DNA from: Camelus ferus | Lineage: Eukaryota | Reading direction: 5' to 3' | DNA: 64,000 bases | NCBI RefSeq assembly: GCF_009834535.1 | Contig: NC_045696.1 | Location: forward strand, 75,704,001 to 75,768,000 | Part shown: positions 11,031 through 23,169 of the stretch, one piece after another | Position numbering within the stretch: the first letter of the stretch is position 1 | Layout: each line of letters begins with the position of its first letter | Position numbers and translations under genes: made by a program | The notes under the pieces: generated by a model | Told to the model about the DNA's origin: nothing | The model's input: only the letters and a program-made list of their open reading frames with translations | The model's database searches: none

Positions 11031-12899
11031 GTAGGTAATATCAGGGATACCCCTCAGTCTTCAATAATGTGCTTACAAGGTCCCCACAGCATAGCTCCAT
11101 GAAATTCACTTGCAGTTTAAGCATCACATTTTAGGTCTAGAGTTGCCAGGCTAGCATTTTAGAAGTGGCCTAACTTCTCCCAGGCAATCTGCATTGATGT
11201 AGAAAGTTCTGACAGGAAATGTCCCCGCCCTGACACAGAGCGCTCTCTAATCCTGGACAGCTGTGAACAGAACACACACACGATTGAACATTTCCCCCCA
11301 AATTTGCCTCTTTATTGTGATAACATAAATATTGATGTACTACTAATTATTAAAATGTGAAAAATTACTGTGAAGAAAGGGACCTTATCTAACCCCAGGC
11401 TTTTCTTATTATTCTCGAAGCAGAGCCATTATCTTTCTCTAACTTATGCTTCAGGTGTTGAAAAGCTAATTCACAGCTCCCCAGCTGCCTACTTGTGGGG
11501 ACAGCTTTCTTCTGCTACAGGCAGTAATTGCCTTACTATTAGCCTAAATCGCCCTAGAGAAGAAAGCATAGCTTTGCTTGCTTTATCTTGTGGATTTAAA
11601 GCAGTGCCTATACTTGCTTTGCATAGAAGAGAATTTCCACAGATATTTTTACTCTAATCCATGTGACTCCTTCCAGTTGGGACACGGAAACAAGATTATG
11701 AAGACGTGCACTTAAGTACATTTTATTTGCACTTGTAATACCTCAAAAATAAGTCAGGGATTATCTTGGTGGTGGAAGGAGCCAGAAACTACCTTCACTG
11801 GTCCAAATTAGTGGTGATAGCTCGATAGGTGCTGTAGATAAAAATTCACGTTCAGTTGGATGGATAAGAATCGTTTAATTTGGTCAAACAGATTAAACCA
11901 GAAAATTTAAGTATAACCTGTTTTTCCCAGAACAAACAGTTCAGTAGGTAGAACTAGGCACGTAACAAGATTAAACATATTGCACTAATTCTGCTCTGAT
12001 GTGATGCGCCGGACCGGACTGTGAAATCAGACTCACAAATCTTACCCAAGGTATTGGCTACCAAGAGGCACAGAGAGGTCAGGGAAGGACGTGGGACATC
12101 AAGGACAGCCAGCCAGGTCCTTTCTTCCTGGAGCAAACATATACTTCTGGCTCAGAAAAAGTGAAGTCTGTAAGTGCGACTGTTATTTCGCACAGCAAGG
12201 AGCATTTAAATTATGAAAAATTCCCATTTTGTATCTCAGGGTGGTAGAGCTTACATGAAATTCTGTAGAGAGCCATGTCTTACAAATCCAGAGATTCTGG
12301 TTTATCATAGATACATTTTTATCCAGGGACATCCTATTGAGGACATTCTGAAGTCAAGGTCTCCTCCTCCTAGCGTATATTATTGGCCTATCTACTTGGA
12401 GATTCAGTTGACAAGGAGATTAGCCTGGGTGACATACCCTCTTTCCTTTCCTCTGAGGGTACGCCCCAGGAAAAAGTATAAGTGAATTACAGTCGGTTGC
12501 TGTAACTCTCTCCTCCCCATGCCTCAATCCGTTTTTGTAGGAACTTCATCTCCGTGTGTTAATCTCTACACCCCATCCAAACACACAGCCTCACTCATAA
12601 CTGACCCTGTCAGTTCTTCATGTAGACTTAGAAACCCAGAGCACTTTTGGTTCCTCTGTGGGGCCTACATTTTTGCTTCTCTTTTGCTCTGGCTTTTGTC
12701 AGTGAAATCTGCTGCGGGACCATCACAAGGCCAGGGCGCTGGCATTTACAACTATACAAGAGATTTTGCAATGAGTGGTGCCTGGTGCTCAAGGTACTGG
12801 TGCCCAGTGAAGGCTCCCCTCCCACTGAGCCTCCAAGGCAGCACTGCACAACTTCCACCCTATTGTCTTTCTCGGCCTGTAAGTTTACTGACCGGTCTT

Positions 12900-13330
12900 C
12901 CTCCCAGTTCAAGCCCCTGAGTCTATCCCACTGCTGCAATCTGTCTCCCACATTGCATTCAAATGCTCTTTATAAAATGTAAATGTGCTTGTACGCTTCC
13001 CATGATTAGAAACTTTCAATGGCTCCCCAGGATCACCAGTATAAAAACATAAGCTCCTTCTTCTGTATGCTGTATTTCAGAGCTGGATCCTTGAATACTT
13101 GTCCTACTTTGCATTTTTTCCACTCAACTTAGAGAACTCAGCTTTAGATCAGATGTCCTTCCTTTTCATGATTCTGTGCCGTTGTGTTTCTGCTCACTCT
13201 GTATGGGATGGTCTTTTCTCCCACTTTTTTTTTAATCCATGTTAGTTCTGTCTTAACCTGCATGGCTTGGTTCAGGTGTTGCCTTCTCTGGGACAGTTTT
13301 CTGGCCTCAGTATTCTAGAGTAGATACTCT
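12900..13330 (+). mobile_element. L2 LINE fragments
   Basis: Degenerate L2 3'-region motifs (ctttataaaatgtaaatg, aaactttcaatggctcccc, ttcaggtgttgccttctctgg). Confidence 0.55.
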
Positions 13331-13336
13331 TGAAGC

Positions 13337-13366
13337 CAAAAAAAAAAAAAAAAAAAAGAGAGAGAG
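13337..13366. repeat. Poly(A) about 20 nt followed by (GA)n
   Basis: Direct reading of the sequence. Confidence 0.85.
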
Positions 13367-13499
13367 CAAAATGACACATACCATACCATGTTACATTTGT
13401 CATTCTCTTGCCCATCTCTCTTACTATCTTTGGAGCAAGCATTCTATATTTTGTTTGGTTGCAACTTCAGTGACAGGCATACAGGAAAGTGCAAAGATG

Positions 13500-14050
13500 G
13501 ATGTAGTGAAGGGTACAGATGGGAGCTTTACCGTGACAAGGGGGTGTAACACCTTTTCATCAGACTGAAGGAGAGGTGTGGCTGTTGAGAGAGTTCGGCA
13601 GGGGACAGCGAAGGAAACTTAAAGTGCCTTGGGCCTGTCTTGATACGAAAGTGGTTCAGCTATTTGATGAGAGGATGGGGACGAGGACTTGAAGAGAAAG
13701 TTTGGAGGGCTCACAATGAGATGGGCTGCTGACCAAAGATAAATACAAGGGTTTAAAAGGAACAGGACTCCCCAGGGCAGATTGCCAGCGGTAACTCTGA
13801 GTGGATTTCTGCAGTGATAGTCCGTGGACTTCGTGTAGAAGCAGGTGACAGACCCTGAGGCTGAAGCAGGTTCGGGAACTGTGGAGGTTGCGGGCTGGAA
13901 GGACAAAGGGCTGGGCGGGTGGAGGAGGTTGGTGAGAGAATGGCTGAAGCCACGGCCTCAGGAGGTTAGCCTGGAAGAGGAAGAAGGGAGGTCAACAGAG
14001 GGCTGGGAAATGGCAAGCCAAGTGTGGAGTCACTTTGCATCCTTGGCTTT
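13500..14050 (-). mobile_element. Probable old L2 fragment
   Basis: Purine-rich, with gaggttggtgagagaatggctgaag...ggaggtcaacagagggctgg typical of reverse-oriented L2 ORF2 remnants. Confidence 0.45.
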
Positions 14051-15119
14051 TACTGTGGTTAAACAGAATAAACCCTCATTGCCAACAAGCGACATAAGAT
14101 TCCCCAGTATGGGAGCTGTGTCATCCACATTGATGTCAGAGATCTGAATGTTATGAAATGTTTAAGGCAAAAGGAATAAGAAGACAAAGGCAGAGGAACT
14201 CCATGGTTGGGAGAATGGGAGGAGCTAGAACTAAAATTAGTTCTCACGAAGGAAATTGATAACATCCTTAAAATCTAGTTGCTCTTTCTATCTGGGTACC
14301 ATCTGGAACAGAGAATTAAGTAACCGATGACGCTTTCTGCTGTTCAGAATTACTTTCTTTGATTTAAAATATTCTTCAACTCTCTTGTCTCCTGGGCTAA
14401 TTGTCATTATAGACAAGGGCACTAGATGCTGAATTGTCCACCCGACTCACTGTGCAGCCAAAGATTAAAAGATAATTGGATCAAAAAATTTCACAGGAAA
14501 AGCACCAAGATGAAACATCTCTCTGTTAGGCCTATCCCCGGGAGGAACACTGGGATTAAGTGAGCCACAAATAGTACAGGACGGCCTCGCCAAATGCCGC
14601 ATTACCGAGCCTGACTAAGACGGTTATGTAATAAGAAGAAGCTGCTTTACTTGTGATACAGGCAAAAAAAGACCGTCCACACTCTTCCACCTCATATACC
14701 AGACAGCTTGAGAGTTCTTTTGATCCTCATACGTAGGGTTGGTTTTAGTGTGTTCATCTGGGCTTTTTTAGGGTCCTTCTAAGCCCAAGGCATTCTTACT
14801 GTTGGAGACCCCCTCCCATCCCATATTATAATAATAAATAAATTAAAATGCACCTCGGTCCCAGATCAATTTAAATTTACATATTTATTTCTGTAATAAT
14901 TATTGCAGTTATTTAGTTAACTTGTTATATTTTATCACAATTTAATTAAAATACTTATTGCTTTTAGTTTTGCAATGTTCTTTTATTATTTTGTAGCCGA
15001 AATTATTTTTCTAGGTCTCAAACTTTCAGTTGGCCTTTGTAAAGTTTATTAATCGTAGGCACTGTTGATACCAATGGACGAGTGGCTCTGAGCATGGGGG
15101 AGAGGTTGGATTCTTTGAG

Positions 15120-15385
15120 GAGATACTGTAAGATGAAGTCAAGGTGGCTGAGAGTGGGTTCAAGTCCAAGCTTTGCAGCTAACCTGTGTGATGCAGGCAA
15201 GACTTTGTCTCCCTCAGCCTCATTAACTAGAGCCACTACTGATTACTGATTTACCTTAGGCATCCATAAAATGAGAATAAAAACATAGGTCCTAGATGCC
15301 CTTACTTGGTATTTGTGAATATCTGAAGGGCTAATATATATGGAAAATACTCATAAACTGTAAACAGCTGTATCTGTTGAACATA
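15120..15385 (+). mobile_element. MIR SINE
   Basis: gggttcaagtccaagctttgc...ctgtgtgatgcaggcaag...catccataaaatgagaataa. Confidence 0.65.
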
Positions 15386-15419
15386 ATCAAATGATTTACT
15401 TCACACTCAATTCTAGGGA

Positions 15420-15640
15420 ATAATAATAGCTAACATTGATTGTCAAACAGCACTTTATATTTATTTACTTGTCTAATAATCCTCACCACAAGCTATCATC
15501 CCATTATACAGATGAAGAAGCTGAGGCACAGAGACTTTTCCAATGGCACTCAGCTAGCAGGTGGGCCTAGGTGGAAGAGGAACCTGGTGATCAGTTTGGC
15601 TCCAGAGTCAGCACTCTTAACCAGTATACTAAAGCTGTAG
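15420..15640 (-). mobile_element. MIR SINE
   Basis: taataatagctaacatt...taatcctcacc...cccattatacagatgaagaagctgaggcacagag...ggctccagagtc. Confidence 0.8.
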
Positions 15641-18429
15641 AATTCAAGTATGTCTTAACTATAATTTCTTGTGTCATACATTTTAAAGAATGTGTCTTGT
15701 TAAGGAAATAAAATAGCCATAGAGGAGATTATTTCCAAATGGAGCAGAGAGCCCATGAAACAGTATTGCCACTTAGTCTAAAAGTGTAAATTTTCTTCTG
15801 GAGGCAAGTGAGAACATGAATGGACACTTAGATAAATCTACTGTCCGTAATGGGTGCATCCTCGGGCATAGGGTCAAGGAAAGCCCTCCCCCCCCCCCCG
15901 GGCTGAAAGGGGTCACCAGGACTTAGCTCAGAATTCTGTGCTCTGGTACGTCCTCTATAACATTTTCAGGTTACAGACATGTGGTGAAGGTGACCAGTTT
16001 GAATTTTGAAAGGCTGAGCCATTTCAAGTTCCCAATTTCCCAGCCCCCACTTTCCCACAGGGAAAGCCTTCCAAGCAAACGGCAGGGGGAGAGTGCAGAA
16101 ACCATGGAGAAGTGAGACTGCTCCAAGCCCCGCTACAGGGAAGTCAGACTCCAAAGACCCACCTCAAATTACATTCTAGAATTACTTCCCCCTGTGGTAT
16201 TACGTCTAGCACCCTTTTCTTGTCAGTAGCACCCCCTTCCCAGACGTACATGAGCACCAAGATTATTCACTGTTGATTATTATTTCAGCTGCATAGATAA
16301 CCGAATTTGTTGCTGTCATAAAAGTAAAGGAACAGAATTTTTAAATTGCTGCATGAAGGGGCTCTGCTCTGTCAATGCCATTAAATTAAATTTCTGCTCT
16401 GGATGAGGCATAAAAATGGCTTGTGATTTTTTTTTTCCTTGGGTGACTCATTTTATTTGAACTCCAAGGCAATTCCTCAGAAATGGAAAGAGGCTATTTA
16501 AAAATCAGCTGCGAGGATGTCATTTAAAAATCATTTGAAAAGTGTGGAGCTCTTCTCTGCCAGCACCAAATGATAGAACAGAAATCTTAGAATCCTGAAC
16601 TCAGTTCTCAAAGGCATTACCTTTGAAAAAGTAATGTAAGAAATGTTAAGTAGTCTCTAAAAAAAGCAATTTGAGAGGAGTGAAGGAATGAGACTAAAAT
16701 CTTAATTTTTAAGTGAAAAATTATACCTTGTCTTAGATGAAGAGAAGAGTTTCTTGGTACCTCTGGCTGACATCCCCCTTAAGAAATTATCAGCATTCCA
16801 CAGCAACATCTAATACCTCTTCTTATAAAACAAAACTTAATATAAGCCTGAAAAACAAAACTTAGTGTAAGCCGTGGTTGCTACAGCTTCAGTGGACAGT
16901 ATAATAATATTTGAATCTTTTTATTAGGCATTAGGGTCTTTGAGATATTCTGGTGGCAGAATACAATGTTAAAGGTCTCCAACAGAATTCATATTATGCA
17001 GCTTTTCTTCTTAAAATCTATTGTTTCTTTCTCCTGAAATAGAATTTTTAAAATGCTCCTCTGGGGAATGTCTTGGGCTGTTGAGCTCCCTGGCCTTATC
17101 CTCTTCCAGCTCCACCCTCCCCCCACATTTTTCCTACTCCCCACCCCCCACCCCCACCCTGGGAAGTCTTGCTCATGAAATTACCCCATAAAGCCTTTAT
17201 CATTTTATTCAATCTGTGTTAAAATAAAAATATCCCTGCAAGAAGTGAGGCTTCAGGTGAATGACTTTCTGAGTGTTTAAAGCATTTTTCCCCCAGCTGC
17301 ACAATTCAAAGGAAGTCTTTTCTGGAATTGCCACTAGGATCAGGTTGGGGGAGATGCAGAAGGGAGGGAGATGTGGGGTCGCCGGCTTTCTGCCTCGCAT
17401 CCCGCAGTCCCACAGAAGGGCCTGATGGCCCAGGTTAAACCCTGGAGTTGTTGAGGTTGTCCAGTCTGTGAAGATTAAAGCACAATGTGCTTAGACTCCT
17501 TCCTGTTGGTGGTAGAAAACCTTGTTCCTCCCAATTATTATGGAAATTCTGGGGGAGGTGATGTATTTACATTTTCTTTCTTAGTCACCTCTCGCTTGCA
17601 AAGCCCTTTTCCTCTGAATTAATTCATGTGTCATTTTACCTTCATTTGTCAGCTGTCCGGGTTCTCCTATTGTGACCTAAACCTGCATCTCAGACCCATT
17701 TCCTTCGTTTCCACACACACAGATAAAAAGACAAAAGGCCTTGGCGTGGGTGGTTCTGTACCCCTCAGTGTGAACAGCTTCGGAATGAATATTAAGTATC
17801 GAAGTTCTAACATGTACCTCTGTCGTTCTGCCAACCTGGACGCTGGCTTTCCTCCTGCCCTCTGATTTCCTCTTCTCCCACCTCCCCAATTCCATCTTCA
17901 CCTCACAATGTCATTTCTTTGAAAAATAGTTGTCTCCCTCCTATCTATTCTTGCCAACTTCTCCTTTTTTTCTCCAATGTTAAACCCAAAATATTCTTTT
18001 CTCAGAAGGAATTCTGGGGCCAGCTTATAAAATAATACCCTTTCGACTTAAGTACTTTATTTCCATCTTAGCATAAATAAAGCATCACAGAACAAGTTTT
18101 AACCTTAGGGTGGCAAAGAGGAAGAGAAGGCCCTCCGTGATGGGGTGTATGGAGGTAGAGGGAAGACGCACAGGGGAGAGGTCCTAGGAAGGGGTGTGGT
18201 GGCACTGGAAACTAGCCTGCCATGTGCCACTATATGGCTGAGCCTTGTCCCTACTCCCTACAATGGCTCTCTTCATGGTCTGTGTTTCCATTAACTTCAG
18301 TTCTAGATTCTAAGCTTTTTTAAACCAGAATTGTGGCATTGCAAATTTATTTTGTTACTGTCTCCAGATTTCCAAATGTTGCCTTTCAGAATTACTTTTA
18401 TCACCCCTCTCTACCAGCTAATAATATAT

Positions 18430-18630
18430 TCTCTCTACAGATTCTTGCATTAATGACTCAGGATCATAACCTCCTGTGAATCGTGTATTATTAAATCTCC
18501 TCTCCAGTGGCTGAGATTAGAATAAAGAGAAGTTAATAAGTTGCATAGAGTCACAAAATGAGTCATTAGAACTAGGGACAGATTTCAGACACTGAAGTCA
18601 GAAGTCCTGCTTCTCAGTAGACCCACTGGC
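18430..18630 (-). mobile_element. MIR SINE (degenerate)
   Basis: agagaagttaataagttgcatagagtcaca...agaactaggga. Confidence 0.5.
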
Positions 18631-19602
18631 TGCATATTAATTTAGCTTCCCTATAAAAAAAAAAAGCTGAATCACGCTGTCCTCTTCTGTCATATTCCCT
18701 GCTCAAATGGGATTCTGTCTTTGACGATCCTTTCTCACTTTGTCATCCATCCATTTAACTATCTATCTACCTGTCTGTCTAAATAATTTCTAAAGAAATT
18801 TTTACAAATATTTCTAGAACTTTTTACCTTACATAATGATTGGATACCATTCTTTTGAAAGAAGTTGAAATTATCACCTTCTAAATAGCAAAGTACCATA
18901 TCATTCTTTTCTACAAGCAGCCCACAAGCATTCATTTAACTTATTCCATTGTTCAAGGTTTTTACCTTAGATGACTTGGGCCTTTTATTGAAAAAAAAAA
19001 AGTTTGGAAAGAAAACTTGAAACAACAGTCTTGGAACTCTTCAGTTCTTGAGGAAAGGTAGGGAAGAAAGGACTTCTGAATTAGAAAATAACCATATTCA
19101 GTGGTGCCAAAGCCAAGGTTTGTCAAATCCAAAAGTTCACTTACAGGCATATTTATTTTTGAAACACTATTTCCATTTGTTATATTCCCACGAAAAGTAT
19201 ATTTTAGTGCAGCTCCTTATTAATCAGGAAGCAAATGATGTGACTGGCTTTTTGAAAGCAATATTGGAGAAAATGTTCAAGGTAGGAGTCAGGGGATAAA
19301 ATGTGTACAGCTACTGAAAGGCTGTGTAATAGGACTTCTACTGAGAGAGGCAGTCAGACAGTAGAAGGTAGACTAGAAGTCAGAGGGCCCGTTATTCCAG
19401 TGACGATCAACACATGGTAGTCATAGACACCAGATCAGGCAAATTACTCATCGTGAAGCTCAAACAAGATAGTGGATGGAAAGAATCCTACACCCTGTGA
19501 AGTGCATGGCATTGCTCTGCCCGCAAATATTAGCTCACACTGGTGTGAGGCCAAAGGGTGCCTTGTAAGTTAGGCCAGTTGGTCGCTCATACAGATCCTC
19601 AC

Positions 19603-19767
19603 TAGGTTGGGTTAGCAGACAGAATACAGGATGCCCCATTTAGGTTGAAGTTCAGATAAACAATGAATCATTTTTTAGTATAACTGTGCTCCAAATTATT
19701 TGTTATTTATCTGAAATTCAAATTTCATGAGCACTTAGTATTTTTTCTGCTGAACCTGACAACTCTA
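19603..19767. mobile_element. MER53 palindromic hAT MITE with internal deletion
   Basis: aatacaggatgcccc...ttcagataaacaatgaatcattttttagtata...tttatctgaaattcaaattt...ctgacaactcta. The inverted arms ttcagataaa (19651-19660) and tttatctgaa (19706-19715) are retained. Confidence 0.8.
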
Positions 19768-21387
19768 TCGACCAGGGAAATGTACTTGGTTCGGAACTGC
19801 CTGTCAAGAGAGCCAGCTTTCAATACCAGAAAATCTATACATTTTTCTCTGAAGGCAAGTTGAATATGAAGCCATTTTAAACAGTCCGTGGTTTCTTGGT
19901 GAGCAAGTTCTCCCCTCCTACAGGGATGCCAAGCCAAGGAAATGGTAGGGTTCAGCTCCCTGGGATGGCTACCACCAGCATTTGCTTCTACAACTCTCCT
20001 TTTGCTCAGTCTTCACAGATCTTCTTCTGACTGACACATTATATTTTATATTTATAATGACCATTTAACTGAGGATAATTCATTCTTGCCTAACTTTGAA
20101 CAAATCTGTCTCTTCAATTTTTGTTGCTTGATCTGTAATATCTTGATCTTAAAGTTGAACCTTTCACATTAATCTTATTTTTCAATATTTAATTTTCATG
20201 GTGGTAACCATCCTATGGTCCATATTCTGATGACAAATTCCAGATATATGAATAAAAGACACACTGGCACAGAAAGACACTTTATCAGAGGTTCAAAGAA
20301 AATACAAAGAAAAAAATAAGATATTTTTTATAATTTAAGATCTTTTTTTTTCCCGGCTGATTTATGACAGGAAGCTAAGGAAGATGACCTTTAAATAGAC
20401 CGTACAGACCCAGAAATATAATAAGCAGTCACAAACAATGCTAGCTCTCTCATAAACAGTCTGCAGCAAAGTCCCCATGGCCCCAGATCTCAAACTCAGG
20501 AAACAGTTACAGTCATAAGCAAAAAGATGAGTAAGTTTCTTTAGAAGTCTTGCCAAGATAAACCTCTGTCACCAAAGTGCAGTGAGTGGTGTACTTTTGA
20601 ACCTCAGAGTTTCAAGGAAGTTGGAAACAGTGGGTTTATTGGGTAATCTTCCCTCTGGAGGAAAGGCTTTTGTTTTTTCTGTATATTCCTGACAGGCGAT
20701 AATACTAATGGACAAATTCACCCAACAGGCAACTGCTAAGTGTACTCGGGCTAGTTCAGACATCACTGGATTTTTACCTCAAGTTTAGGCATCCACAGAA
20801 TAAGGATTAGATTTCAAAAACTGAGACTGAGCATTTTTAATCCAAGGAAGTGCCTTATCATTGAATGCTTTTAGATAACTTTTGGAAATGTATATACGTA
20901 GTGTAATACTCAGAAAGTAAAGGATTTCTTACTTAGAAATTATAATCATATATGTCGATTTTTCTACTTTAACATTCTTTGTGTGTCCCAGATTCATTCT
21001 TTGTTTATAAAGAGGAAATGATTCTAAATTTTCAAATGATGGTATAAAATGATAAAGTGCTCTACCTGAAGAAATAAAACTTAAGAACCACTTAAAGGAA
21101 AATTCAAATTCAAGAGCAAAAATAGTTGCAAAAAATTAACTTTTAAATTTACATGGAATCTTAAAATGTATTCTCAGTGGACTGGAACAATAGGTGTTAT
21201 TTATGTATAGTCTACATTTCTCTCTTACAAGGTTTAGGCAATTCAGAACATCATACAAAATCATTTCTTAGTGTTGTGAAAGTTTTATTTGATCTCCTGT
21301 AGGGGGAAAAACAAAGAAAATTACTGTACTAGAAAAAGAAAAAAGACTTCCAACTTTTTATAGTATTAAAATGTGGACATTGGAGGG

Positions 21388-22050
21388 ATCATTCACTTTA
21401 CAAATATTTACCGAGATAAGATTATTCACCAGACACTGTGCTAGAAGCTGGGAATGCAGAAATGGGCTGCATTGTCAGTGTTCCATTCTTTAGGGACCTC
21501 ACCATCGATCGAGTACGCTGCAGTCCTATATGTTAACCATTAGTCACATGTAGAAATTAAAATTAAATAAAACTTAACATTCAGTTCTTCAATCACATTA
21601 TTCATATTTTAAGTGTTTAATATTATAAAACATTTCCATTATCACAGAAAATTCTACTAAGTAATGTTGGTAGTGAGAGAACCAAACAGTAATCAGATCA
21701 TCACATACATAAATACACTAATACAAACTGTGATAAATGCTCTGAAATAAAAGATGAAGGTACTCCAAGAGCATAAAGCAAAATGATTTGAACTAATCTA
21801 GGGTGTTAGAGAAGGCTTTCCTGAGGAAATAATGGGGAACTGACAGTGGAAGGATAAGGAGGGAAAAGACAGCCAAGGGATGAAAGCGTGGTCGTGCCAG
21901 AGGGAACAGTGTGAGCAAAGATCCTGGAGCATGAGGGATCCAGGAAAGGCTGGGAAGCAGGAGCGTGGTGGGTGATGAAGGCTGAAAAGGTTGGTAAGAG
22001 CAGCTCATGTAAAAGATGAGTCTTTCTCCTGGGAGTGGTCAGCACCCATT
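21388..22050 (-). mobile_element. L2 LINE 3' region, split by a MER33/MER3-type insertion
   Basis: cattcactttacaaatattta...cagacactgtgctagaagctggg...ggacctcacc [insert] gtagtgagaga...tgtgataaatgc...gaaggctttcctgagga...gggaacagtgtgagcaaag. Confidence 0.75.
21505..21670. mobile_element. MER33/MER3-like hAT-Charlie element nested in L2
   Basis: aaccattagtcacatgt...aattaaataaaactta acattcagttc...aacatttccattatcacagaaaattctact. Confidence 0.65.
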
Positions 22051-22549
22051 AAAGGATTTCCAGCAGGGTGGTGGCTTGCTCAGATGCTCATGTTAATGCA
22101 GCAGGATGGGGCTCTGACCCCTTCAGTCCTTTTGCTCTTCTCATCCTCAGCTGTGCTGGGAGCAGCAGCACATCAAAGATATCCCATGGAAGGCGATCTC
22201 TAGTAGCAAGAGAGCAGTCTGTGGAGCTCTTAGATTCTCTGTTCTGAAGAATAAGATCCAGGGGAAAAGCAACTGGCCCATTTATACAAAGAGGAGAACC
22301 CCACAAAGATGCAGTGGGAAAAGGGAGGAAGGTGGCATACCATGGGGGACACTCAAGATGAACTTAACACTCACTGAAAGTTGCTTCTAGAGAACGGTAA
22401 TGATAGTAAAACATAACATTTATCCAATGACCATAACATGCCTATCACTGTATGCCATGTTTTGCCTACTTACAGTCATTAATCTTTGAAAAGTGTGTGT
22501 ATATATGTGTATGTCCTATAAAATAACTCTTAATATTCTCATTATCTAA

Positions 22550-22740
22550 ACCATTGTTCTCCTCAAAATGTGGTCCCCAGACGATCAGAATCAGCATTAT
22601 CTGGGAACTTGTTAGTTCAGAATCTCAGGCCCCATGTCAGACTCATTGAGTCAGAAAACCTGGAGATGAGCCCAGCATTCTGAGTAGGAACCAGACCTCT
22701 AGGCGATTCCACTGTACACACTACAGTCTGGGAACCATCC
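22550..22740. mobile_element. MER5A
   Basis: caaaatgtggtccccagac...atcagcattatctgggaacttgttag...tctcaggcccc...gagcccagcattctg...tctgggaacca. Confidence 0.8.
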
Positions 22741-23169
22741 ATCAAGAGCAGAGCTGCCTGGATTAAATTTTAGCTCTGTCGATTTCAGCTGTGTAATCTT
22801 GGGAAAGTCACTTAACAGTTTTAGAGATAAATGACTAAATTATTTTGGTAGTATAGCTCTCATCTTCTTTGCTTTGTTTCATGGTTTTTCTGTCATTGCA
22901 AAGTGATTGTCTTTACCTCAGATAATTTTTTTACATATACTCTACTTTTCATGATAATAGATTAAATAATGGTGAGAGCACATTTAAAATGACAGCCTGA
23001 ATTTATAATCTACAAATTTGTGAACTTCTCAAAAAAATATTTAGAAGCCTAGGTGTGGGAATGGAAAAAAAGCAAAAATCAAGGGTGATTTATAAAAAAT
23101 ATAGATTTATATTGCCCATTTTAAACTTTTTAAATGAAATTAAACTCTGAATATTGTCTTGCTTCTTTA

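Noticed and set aside
12519..12982. Three overlapping ORFs of 107-133 aa
   Set aside because: Locally GC-richer, probably repeat-derived sequence with few stops. No domain similarity or convincing splice structure.
15120..15640. Tail-to-tail inverted MIR pair as a dsRNA/editing substrate
   Set aside because: Both copies are too diverged to form a stable long duplex.
17723..17800. Plus-strand exon after tttccttcgtttccacacacacag
   Set aside because: The acceptor is plausible, but the donor is weak (aa|gtatcg) and the peptide DKKTKGLGVGGSVPLSVNSFGMNI is unrecognised.
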